64,000 nt of DNA. It comes from Deltaproteobacteria bacterium HGW-Deltaproteobacteria-13 (GTDB lineage Bacteria; Desulfobacterota; Syntrophia; Syntrophales; Smithellaceae). Of the stretch, positions 41,101 through 51,815 are shown piece after piece (position 1 is the first letter of the stretch; every line of letters starts with the position of its first letter). The notes beneath the pieces are model-generated. The model had not been told where the DNA came from and made no database searches. It worked only from the letters and a program-made list of their open reading frames with translations. Made by a program: the position numbers and the translations under genes. The stretch spans positions 108,026-172,025 of the forward strand of contig PHBJ01000009.1 in the NCBI GenBank assembly GCA_002840555.1, in the 5' to 3' direction.

Positions 41101-41876
41101 ATATGGAAAATTCTCCCCAAAAAATTCGCAGGAGAAAAGGAATCTATGTATTGCCGAATTTGTTTACTTCGGCCAGTTTGTTTTGCGGATTCTATTCCAT
41201 GATCGCCTCATTCAAAGAGTATTTTGTTCCGGCGGCGGTGGCTATTCTCATCGCTGTTATTTTTGACGGATTGGACGGCCGTGTTGCCCGGCTGACGAAT
41301 ACCACCAGTAAATTCGGAGCGGAGTATGATTCTCTGGCCGATGTCATCTCTTTCGGTATTGCGCCGGCGCTTTTGGCCTATAGCTGGTCTTTGTCTATTT
41401 ACGGAAAGTTGGGCTGGATGGTAGCGTTTCTGTTTGTTCTTTGCGGTGCACTGAGATTAGCCCGATACAACATCCAGATAGGTATTATTGAAAGCACCGT
41501 ATTCAATGGCCTGCCCATTCCGGCGGCGGCTTCCGTTGTGGCGACCACCGTAATATTTTTTGATTATATAGGTGCGGAAGGAAAATTTTACAATATTTCT
41601 ATCGCGGTTTTTGTTTTCATTTTATCATTTTTGATGGTCAGCAGTGTCAAGTATTACAGTTTTAAGGATATGAAACTCCTCGCGCGTAAACGATTCACGA
41701 TCTTTTTCTGGTTAACTGTTTTGCTCATGATTATTTTTCATTGGCCTGAAATATCGTTTTTCGTGATAATGCTGGGTTACGCTATTTCCGGACCGGTTTG
41801 GTGGGTCATAAAGCTTGATCGGAAAAAATGGCAGGAATATAAAGAAAAGATAAATAATATTAAAAAATTAGAATAA
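41097..41876 (+). CDS. pssA: CDP-diacylglycerol--serine O-phosphatidyltransferase
   Basis: 259-aa ORF with the CDP-alcohol phosphatidyltransferase motif DGLDGRVARL...GAEYDSLAD. Confidence 0.9.
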   Translation: MNMENSPQKIRRRKGIYVLPNLFTSASLFCGFYSMIASFKEYFVPAAVAILIAVIFDGLDGRVARLTNTTSKFGAEYDSLADVISFGIAPALLAYSWSLSIYGKLGWMVAFLFVLCGALRLARYNIQIGIIESTVFNGLPIPAAASVVATTVIFFDYIGAEGKFYNISIAVFVFILSFLMVSSVKYYSFKDMKLLARKRFTIFFWLTVLLMIIFHWPEISFFVIMLGYAISGPVWWVIKLDRKKWQEYKEKINNIKKLE

Positions 41877-41923
41877 TTATAACAGGATAATGATTCTAGA
41901 AATTAATTATATTATGAAAAATT

Positions 41924-42481
41924 ATGAGAATTATCGGAGGTAAAGCCAAGGGAAGGACGTTACATTTTCCTTCCGGATCGAAGGAACGGCCAACTTCTGA
42001 TTTCTTACGGGAAGCTCTTTTTAATATTTTGGGTTCTTTGGAGGATGTAAGATTTCTTGATCTTTTCGCCGGCTCCGGCAGTGTCGGTTTGGAAGCCGCC
42101 AGCCGCGGAGCCCAGGAAGTTTGTTTTGTAGAAAAAAACAAAAACCTGAGCGCGATTATCAAAAAAAATATTCAAACATGCTGTTTGGAAAAAAACTGCC
42201 GTATAATTGCCGAAGATGTTGAGTATGGTTTAAACGACCTTTTTAAAAAAAAATATAAATTTGATATTATATTTGCCGATCCGCCCTATAACCGGAGCCT
42301 GGTTGGAACCACTCTGAATCTATTAAAGAAATATCAGATTTTTAAAGAAGACAGTGTGTTTGTAATTCAACATTCTATAAAAGAAAGTTTCACCGATCCC
42401 GGAGATAAAAATATTTATCTGACAGATCAGCGAAAATATGGCGACAATGCCTTAACTTTTTTTAAGATGGAGATGAAATGA
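41924..42481 (+). CDS. rsmD: 16S rRNA (guanine966-N2)-methyltransferase
   Basis: 185-aa ORF with MRIIGGKAKGR...DLFAGSGSVGLEAASRGA...DPPY motifs. Confidence 0.85.
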   Translation: MRIIGGKAKGRTLHFPSGSKERPTSDFLREALFNILGSLEDVRFLDLFAGSGSVGLEAASRGAQEVCFVEKNKNLSAIIKKNIQTCCLEKNCRIIAEDVEYGLNDLFKKKYKFDIIFADPPYNRSLVGTTLNLLKKYQIFKEDSVFVIQHSIKESFTDPGDKNIYLTDQRKYGDNALTFFKMEMK

Positions 42482-42993
42482 TGCAGGAAAATTTTGTTAA
42501 AAGAATTGCAGTCTATCCGGGGTCATTTGATCCGATTACCAACGGTCATGTGGATATTATCAAAAGAGGGTTAAGAATGTTTGATGAAATCATCATTCTG
42601 ATCGCTTACAATCCCAGCAAGGTATATCTTTTCAGCATAGAAGAAAGAATGGAAATGATCCGGGACATCTTCAAAGATTATAAGGAAATCAGGGTGGATT
42701 GTTATTCCGGCCTGCTGGTTGATTATTTGAAAATTTCCGGCGCCAACATCATTTTACGCGGCATGAGAGCTCTTTCCGACTTTGAATATGAATTTCAAAT
42801 GGCGCTGATGAATCGCCGGCAGACAAAACAGATCGAAACCGTTTTTCTGATGAGCGGGTTTAAATGGTTTTACACGAGTTCAAAGTTGATCAAAGAAGTG
42901 GCAAGTTTGGGAGGAACGGTTAAGGCTTTAGTGCCGGATAATGTTAATCAGAAATTAATGGATAAATTTAATATCGGCAATAATAGAGGATAA
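42478..42993 (+). CDS. coaD: phosphopantetheine adenylyltransferase
   Basis: 171-aa ORF with the YPGSFDPITNGHxDII motif. Confidence 0.93.
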   Translation: MMQENFVKRIAVYPGSFDPITNGHVDIIKRGLRMFDEIIILIAYNPSKVYLFSIEERMEMIRDIFKDYKEIRVDCYSGLLVDYLKISGANIILRGMRALSDFEYEFQMALMNRRQTKQIETVFLMSGFKWFYTSSKLIKEVASLGGTVKALVPDNVNQKLMDKFNIGNNRG

Positions 42994-43085
42994 ACCCGGT
43001 TTTGACACACCGATTAATTTTTAAAACTCGGAAAGCGTAAAAGAATTAAGAATGCTATTTCTAAATTAGAACAGGAGCAAAATAA

Positions 43086-44489
43086 ATGGGCGGCATTTTT
43101 GGAATTGTATCGCTGGATAATTGTGCCAAAACGCTTTTTTACGGAACGGATTATCATTCGCATTTAGGGACGGAACACGCCGGTATGGCGGTACTGGGAG
43201 CTCAGGGTTTTAATAAAACGGTTCACAATATATCGCAGGTTCAATTCAAATCCCGATTTATTGACGACTTTAAAAAGATGGAAGGGAATTCCGGTATCGG
43301 CGCCATTGATGATGAAACACCCCAGCCGTTGATTTTCCGTTCCCGGTTTGGCGTTTATGCCGTTGCTGCGGTAGGATTGATCACTAATAAAAATACGATG
43401 GTCACCGAACTTCTTAATAATGGAGCTAATTTTGGAGAAAGAGCCGGCGGTGATATCAACAACGCGGAGATTGTATCCTGTTTGATCAATCGCGGCGATA
43501 ATATTGTGGAAGGTATTGCCTCCATGCGCGGCGCGATTGAGGGATCCATTTGCGCATTGGTATTAACGGAGGAAGGAATATACGCGGCGAGGGATAAATT
43601 CGGCCGGTTTCCTCTGGCCATCGGCAAAAATAAAAATCAGGAAAATAAATCTTACGTTGTTGCCACGGAAGCAAGCTCGTTTGAAAATCTTGGCTACGAG
43701 TTAGTGCGGTTTTTAGGTCCGGGGGAAATTGTTCTGCTCACGCCGGAGGGCATAAAAGTCATGAAGCCCGAAGGAGCTGAAAAGAAAATTTGTTCATTTT
43801 TATGGATATACACGGGATCTCCTTCATCAACTTACGAGGGAATCAGTGTCGAAAGAACAAGGGAACGATGCGGTGTTTATTTGGCGAAACGCGATAATGT
43901 GGAGGCCGATTTTGTTTCCGGTGTTCCCGATTCCGGCGTCGGCCACGCCGTAGGCTATGCGATGGGCTCAGGCATTCCCTATCGCCGGGCGCTGGTTAAA
44001 TATACTCCGGGTTACGGCCGAAGTTATACACCGCCGGCTCAGGAAATAAGGGATCTTGTCGCCACAATGAAACTTTGCGCCGTGCGTGAAGTAATTAACG
44101 GGAATCGCATCATTATTTGCGACGATTCCATTGTTCGCGGCACACAGCTGAAAAATCTAACAATAAAAAAATTGTGGGACAACGGGGCTAAGGAAATCCA
44201 TGTCCGTCCCGCCTGTCCGCCTTTGATGTTTCCCTGTATTTATGCGTCTTCCACAAGAACAACGGGGGAACTGGCGGGCCGAAAAGCGATTCGCGCGCTG
44301 GAAGGAAAAGAAATCGAAAATCCGGCAGACTACCTGGATGTAAATTCGGCTAAATTCGCCCAAATGATTGACTGGATTCGTCGTGATTTAAACGTTACGT
44401 CGCTGAAATATCTCGCTATCGAAGATATGGTTGCGGCGATCGGCCTTCCGGCAGACCAATTATGTCTGCATTGCTGGCGGGGCAATTGA
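43086..44489 (+). CDS. amidophosphoribosyltransferase-like protein (PurF paralog lacking the N-terminal Cys nucleophile)
   Basis: 467-aa ORF with an Ntn-amidotransferase-like N-domain and a PRTase C-domain (IIICDDSIVRGTQ). The N-terminus is MGGIFGI instead of MCGIxGI. An in-frame TAA immediately precedes the ATG, so the ORF cannot be extended. Confidence 0.75.
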   Translation: MGGIFGIVSLDNCAKTLFYGTDYHSHLGTEHAGMAVLGAQGFNKTVHNISQVQFKSRFIDDFKKMEGNSGIGAIDDETPQPLIFRSRFGVYAVAAVGLITNKNTMVTELLNNGANFGERAGGDINNAEIVSCLINRGDNIVEGIASMRGAIEGSICALVLTEEGIYAARDKFGRFPLAIGKNKNQENKSYVVATEASSFENLGYELVRFLGPGEIVLLTPEGIKVMKPEGAEKKICSFLWIYTGSPSSTYEGISVERTRERCGVYLAKRDNVEADFVSGVPDSGVGHAVGYAMGSGIPYRRALVKYTPGYGRSYTPPAQEIRDLVATMKLCAVREVINGNRIIICDDSIVRGTQLKNLTIKKLWDNGAKEIHVRPACPPLMFPCIYASSTRTTGELAGRKAIRALEGKEIENPADYLDVNSAKFAQMIDWIRRDLNVTSLKYLAIEDMVAAIGLPADQLCLHCWRGN

Positions 44490-44594
44490 GTTTAATCTGA
44501 ACGTCACTTCCTTGTCAGCAAACAGCTTTATGTTGAAGATGAATTCAAAGGTTATAAATTTATTCCGAATAACTTCGTTAGAGAGCCGGCGGCT

Positions 44595-45680
44595 GTGGAA
44601 AATTTATCTTTCATCACGAGAAAAAAGACAAAAAAGATAAATCTTGATTTTGTTTCCATAGGTGGAGACGCTCCCATTGTCGTGCAGTCCATGACCAACA
44701 CCGACACGCGGGATGTGGAAGCCACCGTAGCCCAGATCGGAGAACTGGAAAAAGCCGGCTGCGAGGTCATCCGTGTCGCTGTGCCCGATAAAAAAGCTGT
44801 CCAGGCGATCCCGGCCATAAAAAAGAGAATTCGGCTTCCTCTGATCGCCGATATTCATTTTGATTACCGATTGGCTGTCGATGCCATGAAATCTGGCGCA
44901 GCCGGCATCAGGATCAATCCCGGAAATATGGCGCCAGACAAAATAAACGAAGTGATCAAGGTGGCCAAAGAGCGGGATATCGTGATTCGTATCGGTGTTA
45001 ACTCCGGTTCTTTACAAAAAGATTTATTGTTAAAATACGGTGGCGCGACGGCTGATGCTCTTGTCGAGAGCGCCCTGCAAAATATAGAACGGTTTGAAGA
45101 TCAGGGATTTGACAAAATTAAATTGTCACTCAAATCATCTGATGTGCCCAGCATGATTGAAGCGTATCGGGCGATTTCGGCAAAAACCGATTATCCGCTG
45201 CATCTGGGAGTGACCGAAGCCGGATCATTGGTGAATGCTGCTGTAAAATCCGCTTTGGGGATAGGGACGCTTCTTTACGAAGGCATTGGTGATACCATCA
45301 GAGTGTCGGTTACCGGTGATCCCGTATCCGAAATTCCTCTGGCCTACGGAATTTTGCGCGCTTTGAAAATCAGAAACGTGGGTCCGGAAATTGTTTCCTG
45401 TCCGACTTGCGGGCGTTGTGAAATTGATCTTTTGAAGTTAAGTGGTAAAATAGAAAAAGCTCTCGCCGGCAGGAAAGATTATTTGAAAGTGGCTTTAATG
45501 GGCTGCGTGGTCAACGGGCCGGGTGAAGCCGCGGACGCCGATATCGGTATTGCCGGGGGAAAGGGACAGGGAATCCTTTTTAAAAAAGGTAAAGTTGTAA
45601 AAAAAGTCAACGAAAAAGACTTCGTGAAAGTTTTAATGAAAGAGATAAATTTAATGATTGAAGAAAGGAAAAAAGTTTAA
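44595..45680 (+). CDS. ispG: 4-hydroxy-3-methylbut-2-en-1-yl diphosphate synthase
   Basis: 361-aa ORF with GTG start. Motifs are IGGDAPIVVQSMTNT and the Cys ligands CPTCGRC...GCVVNGPGE. Confidence 0.93.
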   Translation: MENLSFITRKKTKKINLDFVSIGGDAPIVVQSMTNTDTRDVEATVAQIGELEKAGCEVIRVAVPDKKAVQAIPAIKKRIRLPLIADIHFDYRLAVDAMKSGAAGIRINPGNMAPDKINEVIKVAKERDIVIRIGVNSGSLQKDLLLKYGGATADALVESALQNIERFEDQGFDKIKLSLKSSDVPSMIEAYRAISAKTDYPLHLGVTEAGSLVNAAVKSALGIGTLLYEGIGDTIRVSVTGDPVSEIPLAYGILRALKIRNVGPEIVSCPTCGRCEIDLLKLSGKIEKALAGRKDYLKVALMGCVVNGPGEAADADIGIAGGKGQGILFKKGKVVKKVNEKDFVKVLMKEINLMIEERKKV

Positions 45681-47407
45681 TGCGTTATTCAGAGATGTTC
45701 TTGCCGACAGGAAGGGAAGTTCCTTCCGATGCCGAAGTGATAAGCCATCAGTTGATGATCAGAGCCGGTATGATCAGAAAATTGACCAGCGGCTTATATT
45801 CATACCTGCCGCTGGGTTACAGGGTGATTCGCAAGCTGGAACAAATTATCCGGGAAGAAATGAATAAAGCCGGCGCAGAGGAAGTACATCTGCCCATGGT
45901 CCAGCCCGCGGAACTCTGGCAGGAATCGGGACGCTGGGTGCATTATGGAAAGGAGCTTTTACGATTTCACGATCGTCATGACCATGAATACTGTCTGGGG
46001 CCGACGCATGAAGAAGTCATCACCAGTCTGGTCCGTAATGATATCAAAACCTATCGTCAGCTGCCCCGCAACCTTTATCAGATTCAGACAAAGTTTCGCG
46101 ATGAAGTTCGTCCGCGCTTCGGCGTAATGCGTTGCCGCGAATTCGGCATGAAAGACGCGTACAGTTTTGATGTTGATGAAGAGGGCGCGGAAAAAAGTTA
46201 TGAGAAGATGTTTGCCGCTTATAATAATATTTTCCGTCGCTGCGGTTTGAAATTCCGCCCGGTGGAAGCTGATTCCGGCAGCATCGGCGGGAAATATTCG
46301 CATGAGTTTATGGTCATGGCTGAATCGGGTGAAGACGCGATGGTTTTTTGTGAAAAATGTTCCTACGCGGCTAATCTGGAAAAAGCCGAAGTCGCGTGTC
46401 CCGAGAAAAAAAGAATATTTGAAGATGATTGGCTTCCCCTGGAAGAAATTAATACGCCTGACTCGCGCACGATTGAAGAGGTGAGTGCGTTTTTAAAAGT
46501 GGATCCGCAGGATATCGTAAAAACCCTGATTTTCAATGCTGACGGCAAACCTTACGCGGTGCTGATCCGCGGGGATCAGGAAGTCAATGAAATAAAAGTA
46601 AGAAATTATTTAGGCGCCGCCGAGTTGGAGCTTGCCACCGATGAAATGATTATGAAAACGACCGGTGCGCCAAGGGGATTTGCCGGGCCGGTGAATATTA
46701 AAATACCGGTGCTGCTGGATTATTCCGTGATTGACATGGTCAATTTTGTCACCGGCGCCAATAAAGAGGATTATCATTTAAAGAATGTGAATATCGGCAG
46801 GGACTTCAATATTCAGGCCTTTGCTGATTTTCGCGTTGTTTCGGATCAGGACAAGTGCCCCCGTTGCGGCGGGGACATGAAATTCGCGCGCGGCATTGAA
46901 GTCGGTCATGTTTTTAAACTGGGAACCAAGTACAGCAAAGCGATGAAGGCCGTCTATCTGGATAAAGACGGTCAGGAAAAAATCATGATCATGGGCTGTT
47001 ACGGAATCGGCATCGGCAGGACGGTTGCCGCGGGAATTGAACAGAATTACGATGAAAACGGAATTGTCTGGCCCATGCCTTTAGCGCCTTATCAGGTGAT
47101 TATCACGCCGGTTAATGTCAATGAAAAAGATGTCATGGCTGCCGCGGAAAATCTTTACCTTGCGCTGAAGGCTTCCGGTCTGGAGGTCATTTTTGATGAT
47201 CGTGATGAAAGAGCCGGTGTTAAATTCAAGGACGCCGATTTGATCGGAATTCCGTTGAGAATCGTCGTGGGACGGAAAAATCTAGAGCAGGGAAAGGTTG
47301 AACTGAAAATCAGAAAAACGGGTGAAAATAAATTATATCCGCTGCAGGAAATTGCGCAAGAAATAAAACAGATTGTAGAACAGGAATTAAATCCTGATAG
47401 GCTATAG
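45680..47407 (+). CDS. proS: prolyl-tRNA synthetase (bacterial type with editing insertion)
   Basis: 575-aa ORF with MRYSEMFLPT...QIQTKFRDEVRPRFG and class II motifs. Confidence 0.96.
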   Translation: MRYSEMFLPTGREVPSDAEVISHQLMIRAGMIRKLTSGLYSYLPLGYRVIRKLEQIIREEMNKAGAEEVHLPMVQPAELWQESGRWVHYGKELLRFHDRHDHEYCLGPTHEEVITSLVRNDIKTYRQLPRNLYQIQTKFRDEVRPRFGVMRCREFGMKDAYSFDVDEEGAEKSYEKMFAAYNNIFRRCGLKFRPVEADSGSIGGKYSHEFMVMAESGEDAMVFCEKCSYAANLEKAEVACPEKKRIFEDDWLPLEEINTPDSRTIEEVSAFLKVDPQDIVKTLIFNADGKPYAVLIRGDQEVNEIKVRNYLGAAELELATDEMIMKTTGAPRGFAGPVNIKIPVLLDYSVIDMVNFVTGANKEDYHLKNVNIGRDFNIQAFADFRVVSDQDKCPRCGGDMKFARGIEVGHVFKLGTKYSKAMKAVYLDKDGQEKIMIMGCYGIGIGRTVAAGIEQNYDENGIVWPMPLAPYQVIITPVNVNEKDVMAAAENLYLALKASGLEVIFDDRDERAGVKFKDADLIGIPLRIVVGRKNLEQGKVELKIRKTGENKLYPLQEIAQEIKQIVEQELNPDRL

Positions 47408-47434
47408 CCCTAAGTCAGGCAGGCTGGAGACTTA

Positions 47435-49588
47435 ATGCTTCGTATTAATGATATTATTGATAAAGCCCAGACCTATCTTCCGCCGGAAGACCTGGAAATG
47501 ATTGAGAAGGCCTATATTTACTCGGCTTCCGTGCATCAGGGACAGGTAAGATTATCCGGGGAACCCTATCTTACCCACCCGATGGAAGTTGCGGGAATCC
47601 TGACCGATATGAAAATGGATACCGCGACAATTATCAGTGGATTGCTGCATGACACCATCGAAGACACTCTAACGACAGCCGAACAACTGGAAAAGGAATT
47701 TGGCAAGGACGTTGCTTTTCTGGTTGAAGGATTGACCAAATTAAGCCGTATTTCTTTCGGTTCCCAGGAAGAAAGACAATCGGAAAACTTTCGCAAAATG
47801 ATTCTGGCGATGTCGGCCGATATCCGGATTTTGCTGGTGCGCCTGGCTGACCGGATTCACAACATGAGGACTTTACAGTATCATCAGAAAGACAAACGGC
47901 TTTATATTGCCCGGGAGACCATAGACATATACGCGCCGCTGGCCAATCGTCTCGGTATCAATTCGATGAGGATGGAACTGGAGGATTTGTCCTTTCAGTA
48001 TATTGCTCCCGATGCTTATGAAACGTTATCCGCGCAAATCGCCAAATCCAAGGAAGCCCGTAATCGATATACCGAAGAGGTTAAGAGTATCATTTTCAAT
48101 GAACTGGAGAAGTATTCCATTAAATGTAAAGTTGAAGGAAGGGCGAAGCATCTTTACAGCATTTATAAAAAAATGCATGAACAGCATATAGATTTTGACG
48201 AAGTTTATGACCTGATCGCCTTCCGCGTCATTCTTGATTCCGATAAGGAAAAAACATGCTATGAAGTCTTAAGCATGGTGCATGCTCTCTGGAAGCCCGT
48301 TCCCGGGCGATTTAAAGATTATATCGCGATGCCCAAAGCCAATCACTATCAGTCCCTGCATACCACGGTTATCGGGCCTTACGGAGAAAGGGTGGAAATC
48401 CAGATCAGAACAAAAGCCATGCATGAATGGGCGGAAAAGGGCATTGCCGCGCACTGGCGATACAAGGAAGGCAGGGCCCATAAGGATGACGAAGAGAACC
48501 AGATAAAAAAACTCAGGGAAGTATTGGAGATCCAGCAGGATATCAAAAATCCCAAGGAATTCATGTCCGATCTGAAACTGGCATTATTTCCGGAAGAAGT
48601 TTATGTTTTTACACCGCAAGGCGATGTTAAATCTTTTCCCAAGGGCGCCACACCCATTGATTTCGCGTACAGCATTCACACCGATGTCGGCAATCAGTGC
48701 ATCGGCGCCAAGATCAACCGGAGCATCGTTCCCTTAAGATACAAACTGCAGAACGGCGACCGCGTTGAGATCATAACGCAGGCCGGTCACCATCCCAGTA
48801 AAGACTGGCTCAAGAATGTCGTAACGACCAGGGCCATTTCCAAAATAAGAAACTGGATTAATCTGGAAGAAAAGAAAAGCAGCATGGCTTTAGGACGTGA
48901 TGTGCTGGAAAAGGAATTTAAAAGACATCATTTAAAATTTAATAATTATATCAAGTCGGAAGAAATAAAGAAAGTGCTCACCGAACTTTCGATAAATCAG
49001 CTTGATGATTTAATTTCCCAGGTAGGTCTCGGCCGGATTTCACCCAAGCGCGTTGTCAATTATTTTCTGGCCGGAGAAGAAGCTGAAGTTGCCGAGCCGG
49101 TCAAGGAAAAGTTAAAGAAGAAAAAGCCTGCTTCGCCGTCAATGGGCGTATCGCTTATCGGTATTGACGATATAGACGATATCATGGTTAATTTTGCCAA
49201 ATGCTGCAATCCGATTCCCGGAGATGAAATATCAGGTTATATTTCCCGCGGACGCGGCGTTATTGTGCATACAAACAAATGTCCTTATATTAAAAAAATG
49301 GATGCGGAGCGAATCGTTAACGTTCAATGGAATGCCAGAGAGGAACATACTTATCCGGTCGGCATTAAAGTTGTCTGTGACGACGTCAAGGGTGTTTTGA
49401 CGGAAGTCAGTTCCATTATTTCATCTTTTGACGTCAATATCAGTTATGCGCAGGTCGAAACCATTAATCTGATTGCCACCTGCAATTTTGTGATCGACAT
49501 CAGTAATCTGCAGCAACTTAATCAAATCCTGTCAGCAATCAGACAGTTAAAATTTGTTAAATCCGTTGAATGGCTGCACCATTTCTGA
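47435..49588 (+). CDS. rel: bifunctional (p)ppGpp synthetase/hydrolase (RelA/SpoT homolog)
   Basis: 717-aa ORF with an HD hydrolase domain (HPMEVA...LLHDTIEDT), a synthetase domain (YRSLHT-like YQSLHTTV), and TGS and ACT regions. Confidence 0.93.
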   Translation: MLRINDIIDKAQTYLPPEDLEMIEKAYIYSASVHQGQVRLSGEPYLTHPMEVAGILTDMKMDTATIISGLLHDTIEDTLTTAEQLEKEFGKDVAFLVEGLTKLSRISFGSQEERQSENFRKMILAMSADIRILLVRLADRIHNMRTLQYHQKDKRLYIARETIDIYAPLANRLGINSMRMELEDLSFQYIAPDAYETLSAQIAKSKEARNRYTEEVKSIIFNELEKYSIKCKVEGRAKHLYSIYKKMHEQHIDFDEVYDLIAFRVILDSDKEKTCYEVLSMVHALWKPVPGRFKDYIAMPKANHYQSLHTTVIGPYGERVEIQIRTKAMHEWAEKGIAAHWRYKEGRAHKDDEENQIKKLREVLEIQQDIKNPKEFMSDLKLALFPEEVYVFTPQGDVKSFPKGATPIDFAYSIHTDVGNQCIGAKINRSIVPLRYKLQNGDRVEIITQAGHHPSKDWLKNVVTTRAISKIRNWINLEEKKSSMALGRDVLEKEFKRHHLKFNNYIKSEEIKKVLTELSINQLDDLISQVGLGRISPKRVVNYFLAGEEAEVAEPVKEKLKKKKPASPSMGVSLIGIDDIDDIMVNFAKCCNPIPGDEISGYISRGRGVIVHTNKCPYIKKMDAERIVNVQWNAREEHTYPVGIKVVCDDVKGVLTEVSSIISSFDVNISYAQVETINLIATCNFVIDISNLQQLNQILSAIRQLKFVKSVEWLHHF

Positions 49589-49669
49589 AATTTAATAAAA
49601 ACACATTTGATTGTTGACAAACAAAGCGACTCTGCTATAAGCAAGCGCGAATTCATACAGGTGAGGATT

Positions 49670-50362
49670 ATGCTGGAAAAGAAAAAGATATTGTTAATAC
49701 TGGGCATCCTGGCGTGCTTTTTATTTTGTACGGTTTTGGAGCTGTCAGCGATGGGGAAAAAGCGCATCATTCTGATTGATCCGGCGCACGGCGGGCAGGA
49801 TAAAGGCATTAAGCTGACGGATGATGTTGCCGAAAAAGATATCACGCTGGCCGTTGCTCTGCTCATGAAGAAAGAGCTGGCTAAAGAAAATAATCTGGAA
49901 GTTGTTTTAACCCGTGATTCGGATAAGACAGTTGATCTGGAAGACCGTAAAAAAAATATCGAGAAAATTAAGCCGGACTTTTTTTTAAGTCTTCACGTTA
50001 ACGGCGGATTCGGCAAGAATGCTTCGGGATTCGAGCTTTATTACCCGGGATTCAGTGAAGATATCGTAAAAGGGAAAAAAACAGCAAAAGACGATAAACT
50101 GCTGATGAAAAATAAATGTCAGAATGATTCTCTGGCCATGGCAAAAATTGTTCAGGAAAACCTGAATGCCTTGTTCCCGAGAAAGGGCAGGGGATTAAGG
50201 AAGGCTGATTCGCCGGTAACGGATAGTTTGCTGGTGCCTTCGGTGGTTGTGGAAATGAGCTTTGCCACGAATTCCGAAGACAAAAAGAAATTACTTTCCG
50301 CAAATACGCAAACGGATGTTGCCAAAGCTTTGTCCAAGAGTGTTAAAACTTTTTTCAGGTGA
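49670..50362 (+). CDS. N-acetylmuramoyl-L-alanine amidase (Amidase_3)
   Basis: The ORF opens at a TTG at 49607. The ATG at 49670 has a GGTGAGG RBS and gives a signal peptide. Motifs are IDPAHGGQDKG and SLHVNG. Confidence 0.8.
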   Translation: MLEKKKILLILGILACFLFCTVLELSAMGKKRIILIDPAHGGQDKGIKLTDDVAEKDITLAVALLMKKELAKENNLEVVLTRDSDKTVDLEDRKKNIEKIKPDFFLSLHVNGGFGKNASGFELYYPGFSEDIVKGKKTAKDDKLLMKNKCQNDSLAMAKIVQENLNALFPRKGRGLRKADSPVTDSLLVPSVVVEMSFATNSEDKKKLLSANTQTDVAKALSKSVKTFFR

Positions 50363-50365
50363 TTT

Positions 50366-51097
50366 GTGATGGAAAGAAAATCAGGCAGAAAATTCGGCGA
50401 ACTAAGACCGATAAAGATTACTAATAACTACCTGAACAACGATGCCGGTTCCGTTCTGGTGGAATTTGGCAATACCAAAGTAATTTGCGCGGCCTCAATA
50501 GACAACAAGCCCGCGCCTTTTCTGAAAAATACAGGGAAGGGCTGGCTGACCGCTGAATATTCCATGCTGCCCATGTCCACACAAACGCGGACAGCGCGGG
50601 AATCCGTTCGGGGACGATTGGGGGGCCGGACGCACGAAATTCAAAGAATGATCGGCCGCTCTTTACGGGCTGTCACGGATTTAACCGCTTTTGGCGAGAA
50701 AACAATTTATCTGGATTGCGATGTTATCCGGGCCGACGGCGGAACAAGGACAGCCTCAATTACCGGCGCTTTTGTCGCTCTTGTCGATCTTTTTAAAAGA
50801 TTGCGTCAGGATGGCACGGTAAAAGAGATTCCTGTTAATGACTTTTTATCAGCCATCAGCGTCGGCATTGTCGATCATCAGATTTTACTTGATTTGGAAT
50901 ACGAAGAAGATTCCCGGGCGGATGTGGATATGAATTTTGTCATGACCGGTTCAGGGCTTTTTATAGAAGTGCAGGGCACCGCGGAGAGAGTTCCGTTCAG
51001 CAAGGAACAGATGGCGCAGATGACAGATATGGCCGCAGAAGGGATCCGGCAGATTATTGAAAGGCAAAAAGAAATCGTGGGTGACCTGAAGGGATGA
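50366..51097 (+). CDS. rph: ribonuclease PH
   Basis: 243-aa ORF with GTG start. Motifs are [14 protein letters not shown]...EYSMLP and [18 protein letters not shown]. Confidence 0.93.
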   Translation: MMERKSGRKFGELRPIKITNNYLNNDAGSVLVEFGNTKVICAASIDNKPAPFLKNTGKGWLTAEYSMLPMSTQTRTARESVRGRLGGRTHEIQRMIGRSLRAVTDLTAFGEKTIYLDCDVIRADGGTRTASITGAFVALVDLFKRLRQDGTVKEIPVNDFLSAISVGIVDHQILLDLEYEEDSRADVDMNFVMTGSGLFIEVQGTAERVPFSKEQMAQMTDMAAEGIRQIIERQKEIVGDLKG

Positions 51098-51690
51098 AAA
51101 TTGTTTTTGCGTCCGGCAATGAGGGAAAAGTAAAAGAAATTAAAGAAATGCTTGAAGGAATGGGGATAGAATTAGTTTCTTTGAAAAATTATGATAACGC
51201 GCCGGAAATAGTTGAAGACGGAAAAAGTTTTCTGGAGAACGCCTTAAAGAAAGCGAAGATCATTTCAGCCTTTACCGGTGAAACCGTTTTGGCGGATGAT
51301 TCCGGCTTGCAGGTGGAAGCACTCGATGGCGAGCCGGGCATTTATTCGGCGCGTTATGCCGGAGAAAAGGCAACGGATGACGACAATATAAATCTTCTTC
51401 TGGCTAAATTAAAAAACATTCCTCAGGAAAAAAGAATCGCTTTCTTCTGTTGTGCGCTTGTATTATATAGAACCGACGGCAGTTATGACAGCTTTGAATC
51501 AAAGTGGCAGGGATTGATTATTGATGAGCGGCGCGGCGATAACGGATTTGGTTACGATCCAATTTTCTTCGTGCCCGAACTGAAAAAGACTGCCGCGGAA
51601 TTGCCGGCGGAAATAAAAAACGAAGTAAGTCATCGGGGGCAGGCTTTTGCAAAGCTCAAAAGTAAACTTGCCGATAGATTAAAAAATTAA
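51094..51690 (+). CDS. rdgB: non-canonical purine NTP pyrophosphatase (RdgB/HAM1)
   Basis: 198-aa ORF with FASGNxGKxxE and DDSGLxVxALxGxPGxYSARY motifs. Confidence 0.9.
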   Translation: MKIVFASGNEGKVKEIKEMLEGMGIELVSLKNYDNAPEIVEDGKSFLENALKKAKIISAFTGETVLADDSGLQVEALDGEPGIYSARYAGEKATDDDNINLLLAKLKNIPQEKRIAFFCCALVLYRTDGSYDSFESKWQGLIIDERRGDNGFGYDPIFFVPELKKTAAELPAEIKNEVSHRGQAFAKLKSKLADRLKN

Positions 51691-51693
51691 AGT

Positions 51694-51770
51694 CGGGGCG
51701 TAGCGCAGCCTGGTAGCGCGCTTGCTTTGGGAGCAAGATGTCGAGTGTTCAAATCACTCCGCCCCGACCA
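51694..51770 (+). tRNA. tRNA-Pro (anticodon UGG), CCA encoded
   Basis: Manual cloverleaf. The acceptor is cggggcg/cgccccg and the D stem gcgc/gcgc. The anticodon stem cttgc/gcaag carries loop ttTGGga. The T stem is gagtg/cactc with ttcaaat loop, followed by discriminator A and CCA. Length is 77 nt. Confidence 0.9.
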
Positions 51771-51776
51771 GATCAG

Positions 51777-51815
51777 GGAGTTGCTTTAGTCCAAGCAACT
51801 CCTTTCTTATTTTAT
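51777..51815 (+). terminator. rho-independent terminator after tRNA-Pro
   Basis: 8-bp stem ggagttgc/gcaactcc with a 10-nt loop, followed by the T-rich tail tttcttatttta. Confidence 0.6.
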
